From positions 372,001 through 436,000 of the forward strand of contig MU057377.1 in the NCBI GenBank assembly GCA_013265495.1: DNA of 64,000 bases, written 5' to 3'. This stretch comes from Vicugna vicugna (lineage: Eukaryota). How positions within the stretch are numbered: the stretch's first letter is position 1; every line of letters begins with the position of its first letter. The notes beneath the pieces were generated by a model. The model had not been told where the DNA came from. It ran no database searches and worked only from the letters and a program-made list of their open reading frames with translations. Below, one piece after another: positions 11,720 through 24,583 of the stretch. Both the position numbers and the translations under genes were made by a program.

Positions 11720-12620
11720 TTTAACCACTTACTGAGCTCTTTATCCCTTTGTAGATTCGGGTTCTTGTCTGATATTACATCCTTTCTGATGGAAAAACTC
11801 CATATAACATTTTTAGTAGCTCAAGGCTGCTGGCAATACCTTCTCTTAGCTTTTGTTTGTCTGAAAAAAGTCTTTGTTTTGCCTTCATTTTTGAAAGATA
11901 TTTTCACTGAGCAGAGAAATCTGGGTTGACTCTTTTGCTTGTTTTTTGTTAGTATTTTAAAGATGTCACATCAGACATAAGACCTGAATGTCTCCTGGAA
12001 TTCCTCTCTTTGCTCCTCTGTTGGTACTCTTTCCTCTGGCTGACTACAAGATTTTCTTTCTTTTTGATTTTTAGCAGATTGAAAATGACATACCTAGGAG
12101 TGTGTGTGTGTGAGAGAGAGACAGAGGTTCCTTCCTCGGCTTCTCTGGGATTCTTTAGCTTGGGATTTAGTGTCTTTCATTATCATTTTTAGAGGATTCT
12201 TGGCCACTTTCCTTCATACTACTTCGTTCATTTCACCTCCTTTCCTGCTGTTGCTTCGGTTACAGGCATGTTAAACTATCTGACATTGTCCCAAAGCTGT
12301 TGGATGTTCTGCCTTTCATTTTTTTTTAATTCACTTTTTTTTTCTGTTTATGTTCAACTAGGATAATTTCTATTTACTTGTCTTCAAGTTCACTGATTCT
12401 TTCCTCATCTGTGTTGAGTTTATTGATGAAGTGGTGGAAGCAACTCTTCATTTCTGATAGTGTATTTAAAAAAAATTACTCCAGGTATAGCTGATGCTTG
12501 TTGGAATTGCCATCTCATTGCTGAAATCTGCAATCTGTGTGTGTGCATATGGTCTGTGTTTTCTGCTAGATCTTGTGACATATTGATCAGCGTTATCTTC
12601 AGCCCTCTGCTGGTCCCAAC
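11720..12620 (-). mobile_element. Old L1 fragment (ORF1 region)
   Basis: T-rich sequence with typical antisense L1 strings: ttttgtttgtctgaaaaaagtctt, ccttcatttttgaaagatattttcactg, tcttcaagttcactgattctttcctc. Confidence 0.75.
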
Positions 12621-13193
12621 ATCCGGGCTGTCTCTGGGCCTCTTGTTCTTCAGGGGTTCCCGCTCGCCTGAAGCAAGGAAGTCATCCATGTTCTTGTCCG
12701 CAGTCCCCTGAAGGCGTTGGGCCGACTGGACAGTGAGAAATGCTGCTTATAGGCTGGGGAGCGGCCGGTGGCTGCTTACGACTCAGATCTCGGTGCTACC
12801 TGTGTCCCCCGTCTGCCTGCGACAGGCTCACAGCCTGTCACTCTGAGCTTCAGACTCTGCTCTTCTCCCCTCATTTGAACTGAGCTCTTTGCTGTCTTTC
12901 AATTTGCGTCTGATTTTGTTTTCTTTGTGGATTTTCCCTATGTGTATATCCCTTTGGGTTGTTGACTCCATTTTAATAACTTAATATCTCCTTCAGGTCC
13001 TCACACTCAAACGTACGGACAATTAGCGTCCCTGCTGTGTTCGCTCCTTCTCAGCAATCCATATCCCAGCTGGGAGGAGTCAGGCACACAGGACGGCTTG
13101 GCCTCATCCTTGGACCATCAGCAATATCTTGTTTTACTCAAGGTGGTTTATTCGGCATCAGTTAAAGAACAGAAAATGTACATGAGCCATGAA

Positions 13194-13227
13194 TGTGTGT
13201 GTGTGTGCGTGTGTGTGTGCGTGTGTG
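13194..13227. repeat. Interrupted (TG)n microsatellite
   Basis: tgtgtgtgtgtgtgcgtgtgtgtgtgcgtgtgtg. Confidence 0.95.
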
Positions 13228-16200
13228 AGGGTGTGGAGAGCCTGGAGGACTGGCCAGCAGAAAGAGGGTACTGAGCAGAGGATGGGAGCACGGAGACGAT
13301 CGGGGATTCTCTGACGATGGAGAAAGGGGAACGTAGAAACCAAACCTCTTATTTTCACGCAGTGTTTCTCTCCTGTGCCAACTTGGGGCTTTATTTCAAG
13401 GTAATCTTCTCTGTTAATTGTTACAGTTCCTTAGTGAATAGTATGAAATCTGCCAGACAACTCAAAGGCACTGGGAAAATATTTCTGGCTTGTGAATAAT
13501 TTGTTTCCTGCCTCCACTTACAGAAAGTTCCAGGGCTTCAAATAGCTTCAGATAGAACATACGTTACTTGGGGTCAGAAGAAACCCTTCTAAGAAAGTTA
13601 TTCCATTGAGCTATCACTTGGAACAATGTTGGAGCGCATTTATCAAGTTTACGAGATGACCTTCACTGATGGCGTTGGGACAGTAATTTCTTTCACACAG
13701 TGTCTCTGCTGCATCTGCTCTGGAGACATCCGTCAGCAGTTCTGTTCAAATTCTGGCTTTACGTGGAAACGAACTTCAGGCGAGTTACTGAACCTCTGAA
13801 GCCAGACTTTCCTTCTCCCTACAAGGCTGATAATAGTAAACAACACCCCAGGGTGGGTATGAAAACTAAGAGGTGTAAACAGTGCTCCTTGACCGCATAG
13901 TGAGTCAGAGTTATTTATCTCTCCAGTTGCCTTAGGAGCTAACAAAGCCATGGAACAGAGACACAACTTGGAGATACTCTGTCTCGTTTGAGTGGAGCCT
14001 AATATATGTGCTCTCCTGGTATAAAATGGGGTTCTGACAACCTACGGAATTAAAATGTTAGCACCACCTTGGGAGAAGCAGAGACTGACAGCTACTCCTG
14101 TCACTGACTGCAAATGGTGTCCCTGTGTTGAAACCGACTTAAATAAAACTGAAATCAAGATGATTTCTTGTAATTGACACAAGTTTGTAAACAGACTATA
14201 CTTCAATAAAAATGCATATATACAAAAAAAAAAGAAGATTCCTTGAAAGGAAATAGCAAAAAGCCAATGTGAAGATCAAGGTCATTAGGGTTTTTTCATA
14301 AAATAAATTATAATTTATAATAAATTAGCATATAATTATAATTAATTTTAGTAATTGGTACAAAAGAAGTACTTTTATAATATCTACACCACATAGACGT
14401 TATAGACATATGTATAATACCATCCAAAACTGCATAAATGTTGTGGGAATTTTTTAAAAGGATGCCTATGCAGTACTTATATATAGTGAGATTTTAAAAT
14501 TGAGATCATCACTGCAGATTTGAATGAAAAAAAAGTGACTCAACCTTCATACAAATTCCATTCTTACTAATGGCAATAGAGTTTGGCAAGGACTGTGGTT
14601 GTTAATAAAATGTCACAACCCAAACACCTTAAATTCCATTGGGGGAAACTTGATCTGTAGTCATAGTTCGAACCACCTGGGTAATATATTTTTTAGTTTG
14701 GGGGGGTAAAAGTTTGATTACTTAAATCCTTTAACCGCTTAGACCATTTTTAGGAAAATAACAGTATTTTTTCCCATTGGTTTCACCTCTTAAATAGTGA
14801 ATTTTTATCCTTTGGAAAAATGACCACTTTTTAAGCAGCTCGTAACGCTGAGGTACCTGGTGTGTGCATCCAGGTTTGCAGAGGAAAATGGAAAACACCC
14901 CCGCTCTTTAACAGCAAATGTGAGCTCTCAGCCACCGTGGCCCCCTCCTCCTGCTGTGCCATCGCCGGGTCCTCGCTTGTGGCTTCTCACTCAGCACATC
15001 ACACAGGCTGGCATCGTGGACCTATTAATTTAGCAGCGGCAAACCTTGCTTTAGGAGACAGTAGTTTATATTAGTTCCGTGACTACGTCTAGAAAGAAAG
15101 AGAAAACACTGAGCAAACAATTCTATTTTTTGTCTTAGGTTCATTCTTGGGCCTCCGTTGCATGTGCTTTAAGAGTTTCATCCGCTTTTAAATCTGTATC
15201 TTTCACTCTATGGGAAAAAAGTTTGTTTGACTTCCAGTCCTGACTGATTATTCTGTTCTAATAGAGAAATGCAGCCAGCCAGTTGCCTTTGGATTTTGTC
15301 TGGATCCGACTACCCAGGAGATAGGTTTGTTCACCCCGGGGCCCGCGGCGAGGACCTCCTTCCCCAGGCATCACTGCGCCAGGCGCCAAGTTTGAGGGCG
15401 ACCTGCGTTTGTAACCTGATCTTCCCACTTGGCTGCCGTGGTGGCAGCCCCAGAAAATGAAATTCCCAAATCTGCAGCTGCACCTGCTCATTTCCGGTAG
15501 GACTTCCTTTCCTCGGGAGGGCAGTCTCCCTGCTCCACCGGAGACCTGCCGAGGTTGTCTCCGGTTGCACGTCTTATATTTGATCCACGGTATTTTTTCA
15601 AGTTATATTTTACTACACTCTCTCTGTGGTCACACTGATTCATTTAAGTGAGGCTTCAGTGCCCCACGGGTCCGTGTACCAAGCTTTATGAAGCCGTGGT
15701 TTCGAGAAAACAGTCCACCCGCTTACCCTTTCTGCTTTTCGTTTCTTGGGTCCTTTCTGGGCGTTCAACAATGTTGCAGCGGAGTTTGGAAAAGGGGTAT
15801 CTATAATAGTAGCAGGAGAAATAATGGTTATACCTGAGGAAGAGAAGCTAACCTCCCAAGTATCAGTGTGGAATGGATTTGCTTCCATTTGGACTACTTT
15901 CCAAAAGAAAAAAAAATTTAATATATGCTTTTTCCAATCTGGCCAACTCCCAAGTTGGGCTTAATTTTACATTGTGCTTAAGCCCATAATTCCATATATT
16001 TTTAATGGAACCTGTTTCTTTGCTGTTCAGATGGTGCCCACATAGAAAGGGCTGAAACATGGAAATGATGGAAGCAAATGATCTGCGCTCTCATCGCGGC
16101 GCCAGGCGCCAACCGGCCCCCGCCTGCTCCAGCTGTCGGTAATTAGCGCCCAGTGACCCTGCAGGTTTCCCATCCGGCCGTGCGATCTCTGAGGTCTCAG

Positions 16201-17869
16201 CTAGAGGAAGATATTAGGAGCGATTTTCCTCACTTGCTAGTGGGAAAATTATGCATTTAATACATATTTTAAAATATAAAAACCAAATACAAATATATAT
16301 GTATACAATTGTATGTATGTGACTTTGGTTTTTCGCCTGTCATCAGAGAGAAAAATCAGAACCTCAGGTGTGGAGTGAGAGTAGAAGGTCGCCCTCAGGT
16401 GTCAGCCACACCCTCCGGACACCTCCAGTCGTACGTGGTGGGAAGCCGCCAGGATTCCTGAGATCCTTTCTCCTGGGATTCAGGCGCCACCGGACGCTGT
16501 ATCCAATACCTGCTTTGAAAACCCTCCCTGGCTTCATCCCTAATTTCTCACAGCTTCTTGAATACGTCCCTCGGAGTAAAATGTGCCTTTGAGGGCCGCT
16601 GCGGTGTGACGCCCAGGTTTCAGCTGCAAACCCTACAAGCAGATGCCCCATCGCGCTCCAGCCTGGGCCCTCTCAGATATTAATGCCATCCAAGGCTTGA
16701 ACTGGACTTGTCACCCTGGTGTCCCTTCCTCTGAGAGGGTCTAACCCTTCCTTCCTACAGTTTTCTTAATTCTGGTGTGTTCTGGTTCGTTGCACCCACA
16801 ATCCAACTCACCAGCATCTCTCGGAAAGCCTTTCCATCATGGCAGTACGCTGCTGGGAACGAGCTAAGTTCAGCTGCAATAAACAAGAAGTCAGCAGCTC
16901 GGATGTACAAAACCCAGGAGTGGGATTAATTGTAAAGTTTCAGGACGCGACCATCAGGAGCAAAGCCGCCTGCTGGTCTGTGGAGTTATATATGGCGCTC
17001 GCTTTGCTTGTTAACAGGAAACTACAAGACAACTCCAAACATTCTTTTCCATTTGAACGTCTTCTGATGTAATCATCTTCCATTATGGTGACAACTTCAA
17101 GGCAGGAGCTTGGTTTGCTTTCTTTATGTTCTTCAGAATGATACCATTAACAACCCCTCTGAAGGGATCAGAGGAAATCAGGAGAAATTTATGAGGCTCT
17201 GTCCAGCCGTGGACCCTCGGCCCCTCTGTCAAAGTCGGGCGAAAGCCGCCCGTGGGGTCAACAGTTATTACAGCAGGTGGACAGGCCAACAAGGCAAACG
17301 ATCTTGTGAGGTTCCCTGCCCGACGATGCCGCACTGCAAACAGATCTGTTTTCACTCCGACAACCTCTTAAGGGAGTCTCAGAACGCTGGCTGTTGATGA
17401 ATGCCCCTGTGGGGGGGAGATTGGGATGTCTCTAATATGCCGTGAAAGGAATTGTGTTTCTGGTCTCTAGGTGAAGCCTCTTGCTCGTTCTAATTGCAGT
17501 TGGCATGTAAGTCCACCTGCTGTCTGCTGGGAGCCTGTTTCTGCCTTCAACTCTTGCCTGGGGAAATCGTTTCTTGGGAAAGTATTTCGACAATTCCTAG
17601 GAATTCTTTAAAATTTTGCTCCAAAATATATGAACCTGCAATGGATAAGTAAGCGTGTTTGCACAACCTTTCCATGAAGGCCTGTCCCGGCGTGTTCCAC
17701 AGGCCTCGGGCTAGAAAACCATCATTGCCGTAGGAAGCGTTTTCACGTACAAAGACACCTGAGCACCGAGAATTAAGGAGAGCTTCCTGGGTTGTCACTT
17801 TTATGAGAAAGAAAGGGGATTTAAAGATCTTCATCAGCCTACTTTCTTTCTCTTCGCTGGCTCCACTGA

Positions 17870-18165
17870 GATACAAATGATATAAAAGCCTACGTGAGTT
17901 TAAGGTGCACAACGTGACGACGTGATACATGTACGCACTGGGAGACGGTTACCACCGGAGCGTTCCTGATGGCCTCCAGCACCTCACGTCACTGTGTGTG
18001 TGTGTGTGTGTGTGTGGTGGAACTTTTAAGATCTACTCGCGGAGCAACTTTAAATTACGTAAAATAGTCTTGTGAACTACAGTCACCAGGCTCCACGTTA
18101 GCTCCCCAGAACTTACTTATCTTCTAACTGAAAGTCTTTACCCTTTGGCCACCTTCCCCCAATCC
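17870..18165 (-). mobile_element. L1MA-type 3' end fragment containing (TG)12
   Basis: tttaaggtgcacaacgtga..., cttttaagatctactc...agcaacttt, ctccccagaacttacttatctt, ttaccctttggccacc. (TG)12 at 17993-18016. Confidence 0.75.
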
Positions 18166-21100
18166 AGGAGAATTAAAGGTTGTCTAAAAACTGTAAGAGT
18201 AATAATAACACTAATAATAACAATGGTGTATTTATAATAGTATAGACGATAATATAATTAATATTAATGAAAATAGCTCTATTAATGTCAATATATTAAT
18301 AGTTTCTATTATCATTAATATGTTACATAGAATGTATAGTATTATAGCATAATACATTCTCATATATTATTATTACTATTATAAATAACTTGTTGAAACT
18401 GGTACCCTGAAGAGTTGGGATGATAGGAGAAATACTCAAGAGAGATGGGAAACCTGAAAACTACTTCCTACTCATAATTTTACACCTTACATCACAGACA
18501 TATTTTTTCTGACAGACCATCAAAGAGAATGACAGAGACCAGTTTCCAAAAATGCCTCGTTTATCTTTACATTTAAAGACAGAGCCATTGTTTTGGGGAA
18601 AGCAGTCCTCCACTGCCTTTTTCATTTGCATCACAGCTTCAGAACCAGTAACACAGCTGTAACGAATGATAACGTACAAGTGTACAACTGATTCAAGTGA
18701 CTAACAGCCGCGGTCTGTCTCAGAGGCCAGAGTGTGCGAGATGGAAGAAAAAGTCTGCAGTCGCAACATTTCAGAGGAAAGTTCCTTCTTAGAAACAAGT
18801 TACCTGAATTAATGAGCTTAGCCGACTGGCTGACTAAATCAAACCCTTTCCTCCCTGGAAACTCCTCAGATAGAAAATCCTTCAAAGGTTTCTGCGGATC
18901 CTCTGATGTACAGAGCAAGTCCCATTTTATTAAAAGTCTCTCCACCTTTAATGAAGGAGATTCGTTTTGCTTTTGTTTTTTTCTGTGCGAGCATCTCTGC
19001 GGGAGAGGAGAGAAGTGACGGGACAGGTGGCACACATCTCTCCAAGGCAGTGACTCCTGCACGCGGGCAAGGAGCAGTGTGAAAATGCAGATGCGGGCAT
19101 CCGCGGCCTTGCCACCTGTAAACGCTAGGCAATTCAGTGTGACGTGCTCCGGGGAATAATTTAGGTAAAACTGCGTTTATGTGGCACGAGCCCCGCAGTG
19201 AAAGGCGCTCCTGTGCTCATTTGGCCATTTTATCGTCAGTGCGGAGGACTTCACCAGAAGCCGCCAAGACCCCAGGGACTCGTGAATGCTCATTAACTCC
19301 AAGCAGAGACACCTACAGAATGCAGAAAAAGCACTTAAGATGCCACCACTCCCATCTCAAGATAATCCACTGTAAACTTAGAACTCAGGCAAAGGTCGCA
19401 CACTGAACCACCCGCGGACACCTGGGGACCATCTGAAGAGGCAGGGCAATTTTCAGCTGCAGCTACTGATGCCGGAGGGCCAAGAGGGGGCCGAGGGCCA
19501 GGCTTTTGGATTTCTCCCTTCAGGTAACAGCATGGCCGACCCGGGAGTGTCTGGAGCCTGGTGGTCTGGGTCCAGGTCCCGGCTGGGCCATTTGCTCTCT
19601 GGGTGACCCTGGAAAATTAATTACTGAATCTCTCTACGCAGTTATTTCCTCATTTGTGAAACGTGTATCATGGGGATGACAGGACTTTAGAGGAGTTTTG
19701 AGGAGAGAGAAAAATGAACTCTCAGCTTCATGGTGGCCAAGACGAAAAGAGAAATGTCTTGACTCTGTTGAGGTCACTTTGTCCAACAGAAGGAAGTGGC
19801 ATGTCCCACTGTCCAAGGAGATGTCTTCCAACTTTGAACTCTAAAATTTCTAAAAAGGGTCTTTGTACAGGAGACATTTAACAAAGAGCAACTGAAGTAG
19901 CAGTTCTATTGAAAAAGTAAAGAAATTCTACATGCATCAGATCCCCAGTTTGGCCCTCAGGACCAACGCTAGGCACACTCAGCTTACTTCCTAGTCTCGT
20001 AAAGGAATTTGCAAGAAGCAGGTGAGTGGAGAGGCGGAGAGGGTAGCCGGGCCACGTGCATCTGTCTGTGCTCATCTGGCAACACAGAGACAGAGCTTAG
20101 AAAGTCTCCATCAGAGAATTGTCAGTACCTCCCTATTTTAGCTTTCTCAAGTATCAGATGACTTTTGTTTGGGTTCATATGGAAATGCCATTGTGATATG
20201 GACATCTTATATGTTGACTAAAAGAAGATGCATTTGCTGCACAAACCAAGGATGTGCATGGGATGGGTGGGGGAAGGGTAAGCAAGTGAGATGGGGAGAA
20301 GAATGTGGACCAAGAATTCTCAAAATGTGACTTTGGGTCCGTTGAAGTCCTTGAATGATTCTGAAACAGAGCTCCAGAATTCTGCACCAGAAATAACCCT
20401 AGCCTCGGAGATTTTTCAGGACAGCCATCAATTTTCTACTTCTGCTGTAGCAGAACCTAAATCTAATTCCTGTAGAAAGGTTGATTTGGGGCAGGACTGC
20501 GTCCTGAGAGGTCAGGGAAGTTTTAAAAAGCAGCAAAATGTACCCTGACATTTTGACTGCTTAATCAACAGATGGTCCTTTGGAAAACACCTTCCCATCT
20601 TAGAATCATCGCTGAAGCATCTTCTCTGAAATTTGCTTTCTTATGCCAATAAATAAGGAAATCAGTAAGTAATGAATACATTTGAAAAGTCTATCTGTCA
20701 TTAAAAGAAGTGAGACTTTTTCATCGAACTCACTCATTCGTTAATTCACCGGTTGTTTGTCGCACACTTTACTGGTTATCAAGTCCTCATGAGACATGGT
20801 GCCGGGTATTGGAAACAGTGAACCTCACCATCCCTGCCCGCACGTGCCGGGGGACACACGCCGATGCAGAACACTTACACTGGGCTTTCTCTGCCCCAGG
20901 AGCTGCTCCAGGTGCTTTGCACGTACTAGCTCGTTTACTCCTTACAAGCGCTGTGGACGTTAGGGTATTCTCATTATACTTTGTAAACGAGAACTGAACA
21001 GATGCAGAATAATTTGCCTTTACACCAAGGAAGTTTCTGGCCCCCCAGAACGTACTACAATCTCCGTCACAGTTTCACTTCCCTCACCTGAATAAAGGAA

Positions 21101-23389
21101 CGCCCAGCGCAGGGCAGGCACACCGTGTGCGTTGGGAAATTACAAATTGAGTCAAACCTCTTACAACCTAAGGGAGGAGAGGCCCTTGGGAGAGCATCAA
21201 ACCAATGGGGGCAGGGGGAGAGGATACCCCCTCAAGCCCGTCAGTCACTCAGCGTCCTCACATTAAATAGGACGGAGCACTTGTGAGGAGATCGACTGTC
21301 TCGCTGGTCGGTATGCACTTGACTCTGCCAATCGGCGTGTGAATTTCCAAGATTCTTCCTGCGAGTTAAGTGGCCGTGGGAAGTCTTTACGTGAGTTTAA
21401 GACAGGAGCAAGCTCGTTACTGCCGCTGCCACGAGCGTGCTGTCGTCTGGCACACCGAAGGCTCTCCGCATAACCTCTTGTGCCTTTAACCACTTTCTAC
21501 AGATTCCTGGTGTGACCAAATCAATTTCATACATTTTACACAGCTAGAGAAGTGACGACGCAGGGACAAAAACGAGTGATGTTCACCAAGGAAGCCCTTT
21601 TAGTTACACGTATACAAATTAAATTGACGTTCTGATTCTCCCTGGGGAAAACCTTGGTAAGGCATCACTGTGGGCCCTAGAGAAAATAATGACTTATTCT
21701 GGGCATCTGAAAGTATACTAGATTTGTGTATTTTCTCAGCAGTTAGAACCTAAATTTGCCTATGAAACATGTAGTAAACGGGGGTTAAGCAGACAACCTG
21801 AGTGACCCAAGTGTTGTCATAATCCATTCTCCTCTTAATTCTTCATTATAATATAGTCCTTAAAATCACTGAAAAATTCTCATTACTGCCATACACACTG
21901 CTGGGACAGGCTAAAACATTAAATGGGGGGAAGGATGAGAATAAATCAGGATGAGGGACCCGCATAATAGACGTTGACCAAAGGCGCTAGTGAGGCGCTG
22001 CTTACATGAACGCGTAAAACTGATAGTAACAGACGATCTTTTAGGATCTCAGAGTAATAATTCAAACGAGAATGGTTGTCAGAGGAGATAGCAGGGTCAT
22101 GAAAAGAAATATATCCTTCACTGGAAGCAGGGAGGCGCTGAGGAACCTCCTCCCGTCTCTGCTGCTTTCAGAGGCGTGATTTGCATGCCAAAAATTTCCA
22201 CCAACAAGGACAAGTCCATCGGGGAGAGATGTGCAGACGTGCATTGCGTTGGCTCCTGGGCCTCCTCGGTCCTGCTGGGCTGCTTTGTGCGACTTGGCGT
22301 GGTGACGCGTTCAAACAGGATGGATCAAAGTGCCCAAGAGCCAACTGTGAGAATTCAAAGGCTTTAAAAAAGGCTTCAGATGATCTGGAAGCATCTCGGT
22401 GCAACGCTTCCAGTGTTTTAATTTCTTGCAGCATTTTGCCTTTTGGGCTTCGCAGAATTTAACTGTGGCTGAAGTTAAGTGCTCGGCTGGGCGCTGGCTT
22501 CTCTCGCGTCCCCTAATGAAGGCACGGTGAGAACCTGGATTATCTTACTTGGATTTGCTTACCTACTTGTCTAAGCGGTTTAAATCTTTCCACTGGAACC
22601 AATTCTCTGAGCGTCTTCCTGCTTCTGGGGGGTGCGGATAAGAGATACAGGGATGCCCTTAGCGGCTAGATGAATCTAGCGCCTTCAGTGAAAGGCCACA
22701 GCTGGATGGCTGCTCCAAGCAGTATCATGAAAGTGGGTTAAAAGAAGAAATACAGGGCCTTATTAAAATTTCAAGGGCAACTGAGAAAGGCAAGATATAA
22801 TGAATGGTACTGGAGTTTGGCCAGGTCAGCGGTGTTAAAACTCACTCAAAGAAATAGATAAATCCGAGGCCCTGGCCTTTATTTAACCTCCCACCCAAAA
22901 AATGATTCTCCTTTGCTAAAACTTCTGATGATATTCCAGGATATTTGTTTAATAGGTGACTCAAAAAGGAAAGCTGCCTTCAATGTAAACACCGTGGGCT
23001 CTGCAGAACCCAGGTGTTAAGTAGAAAGTTAGACAGTTCTTATCTTTATTGGCCTTTTTCTTCCTGTTTGTTAAATCACTGAAGCAAAGTAGCATTTTAA
23101 AATATTTTTTAAATCACAAAATGAAATGGTCACATACAGAAGAATATTAAAGAAACATGTTTCCACATCATGAAAAGGTGCACAAAATGAAATCTTCATT
23201 CTATTGCTGAACATTGGGGGGATAGTTATAAGAAAGCTTTATAGTCATCATCTTGGCAACATTTTTATGCTAAAATAAAATTGTTAGCTTTAATGAAAAG
23301 AGACATAAAAATCCACTATTTGCCAAAATTGACCCAAAGAATGGGATTAGACATAAATTTTCCATCTTATGAAACTTATTCTAACCTTC

Positions 23390-23492
23390 AACCAAGATGT
23401 CACTCTGTATCCTTAACTTATAATAAAATATTCTATAAACAAAACCAAGCTGTCACTCTGTATCCTTAACTTATAATTAAATACTCTATAAA
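23390..23492. repeat. Two-copy tandem duplication, period 53 bp
   Basis: aaccaagatgtcactctgtatccttaacttataataaaatattctataaa versus aaccaagctgtcactctgtatccttaacttataattaaatactctataaa (3 mismatches). Confidence 0.92.
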
Positions 23493-24156
23493 TATGGAAA
23501 CAAAACCCATTCCACTATTCTTTTAATGTGTTTGCTAAAAAAATCAACTTAAAGGATCTTCTAAATACCATCTTCAATAATTAGGAAACAGACTTCCATT
23601 ATGCACGTTTATTATTGCCTTGATGCTACCTCTAAGACACTGATCTTCAGTTTGCTTTTAGATGCATTTTTAGAGTTGGAAAGAATCAAAGAAGTCATTC
23701 AGTTCAACCTACCACCCGATGCACCGTCTTGTCTTTCCTGTCCATGAACAATTCCAACCCCATGAAACCTTGCTTCTTTGTAAGGATGCTTATGCTGTTC
23801 GTAAGATAGCTTTAATTGTTCGAGAGTCATTCCTTTGAACTGAATTTTGTCTCTGTGGCCACCTACACTGGTTCTAGTTGCCTCCTTCAAAGGCAAGTAG
23901 CATATGTTTAATCATTATCTTGATCCAGGTTCTTGACACACAAGTGTGCTTCATTTACAACAACTTCATTGAGCTATAAGTGTATATAACACATGCATTT
24001 TTCTGCATGTGGGTTATGCTTCCATAAAATGTTTACAGGGAGCAAACACAAAAAGAGGAAGAGGAATCACCATATCTGGATTAGTGTGGTTTTTTTAGGA
24101 GAAGGTAAACTACAATTTTGGGAGGGAGACTTTGAAAGAAAATCCATGAGGAAGGC

Positions 24157-24262
24157 TATATATATATATTATATATATATATGTATATATTTCATATATA
24201 CACATTATATGCTCTAATTCAAAAGGATACATGCACCCCAATGTTCACAGCAGCATATATAT
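24157..24262. repeat. Degenerate (TA)n tract interrupted by a 42-bp L1 segment
   Basis: TA repeats at 24157-24210 and 24255-24262 flank ctaattcaaaaggatacatgcaccccaatgttcacagcagca. Confidence 0.85.
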
Positions 24263-24583
24263 GGCATTAGCAGCAGAGTGTCTGTGACACTTATGAAATG
24301 TTTCATTCAGACCTTCCCTGTCAGAGTCAGACTACCTCAAGAGGAGCTGAAAAGGAGACTGAGATTTACATAGCTCATCCCAGGGCCATCAAAAGTGAGT
24401 CTAGTTCCTCTTCTGTCAAGAAGGGTTGGCAGAGTTTGGGATTAGTGAATCAGTCATAAAATTTTTAATGAATCTAGTAAGAACCATTATAATAGAAAGA
24501 GAGAGACGTGTGCAAGAGTGAGAGTGAGAGAAAGAGACTGAGATGTAAACCAGGCTAATCTGTATCTATAAGGCAGCTATGAA

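Noticed and set aside
23390..23492. CRISPR-like direct repeat
   Set aside because: Only two adjacent copies with no spacer, in a mammalian intron.
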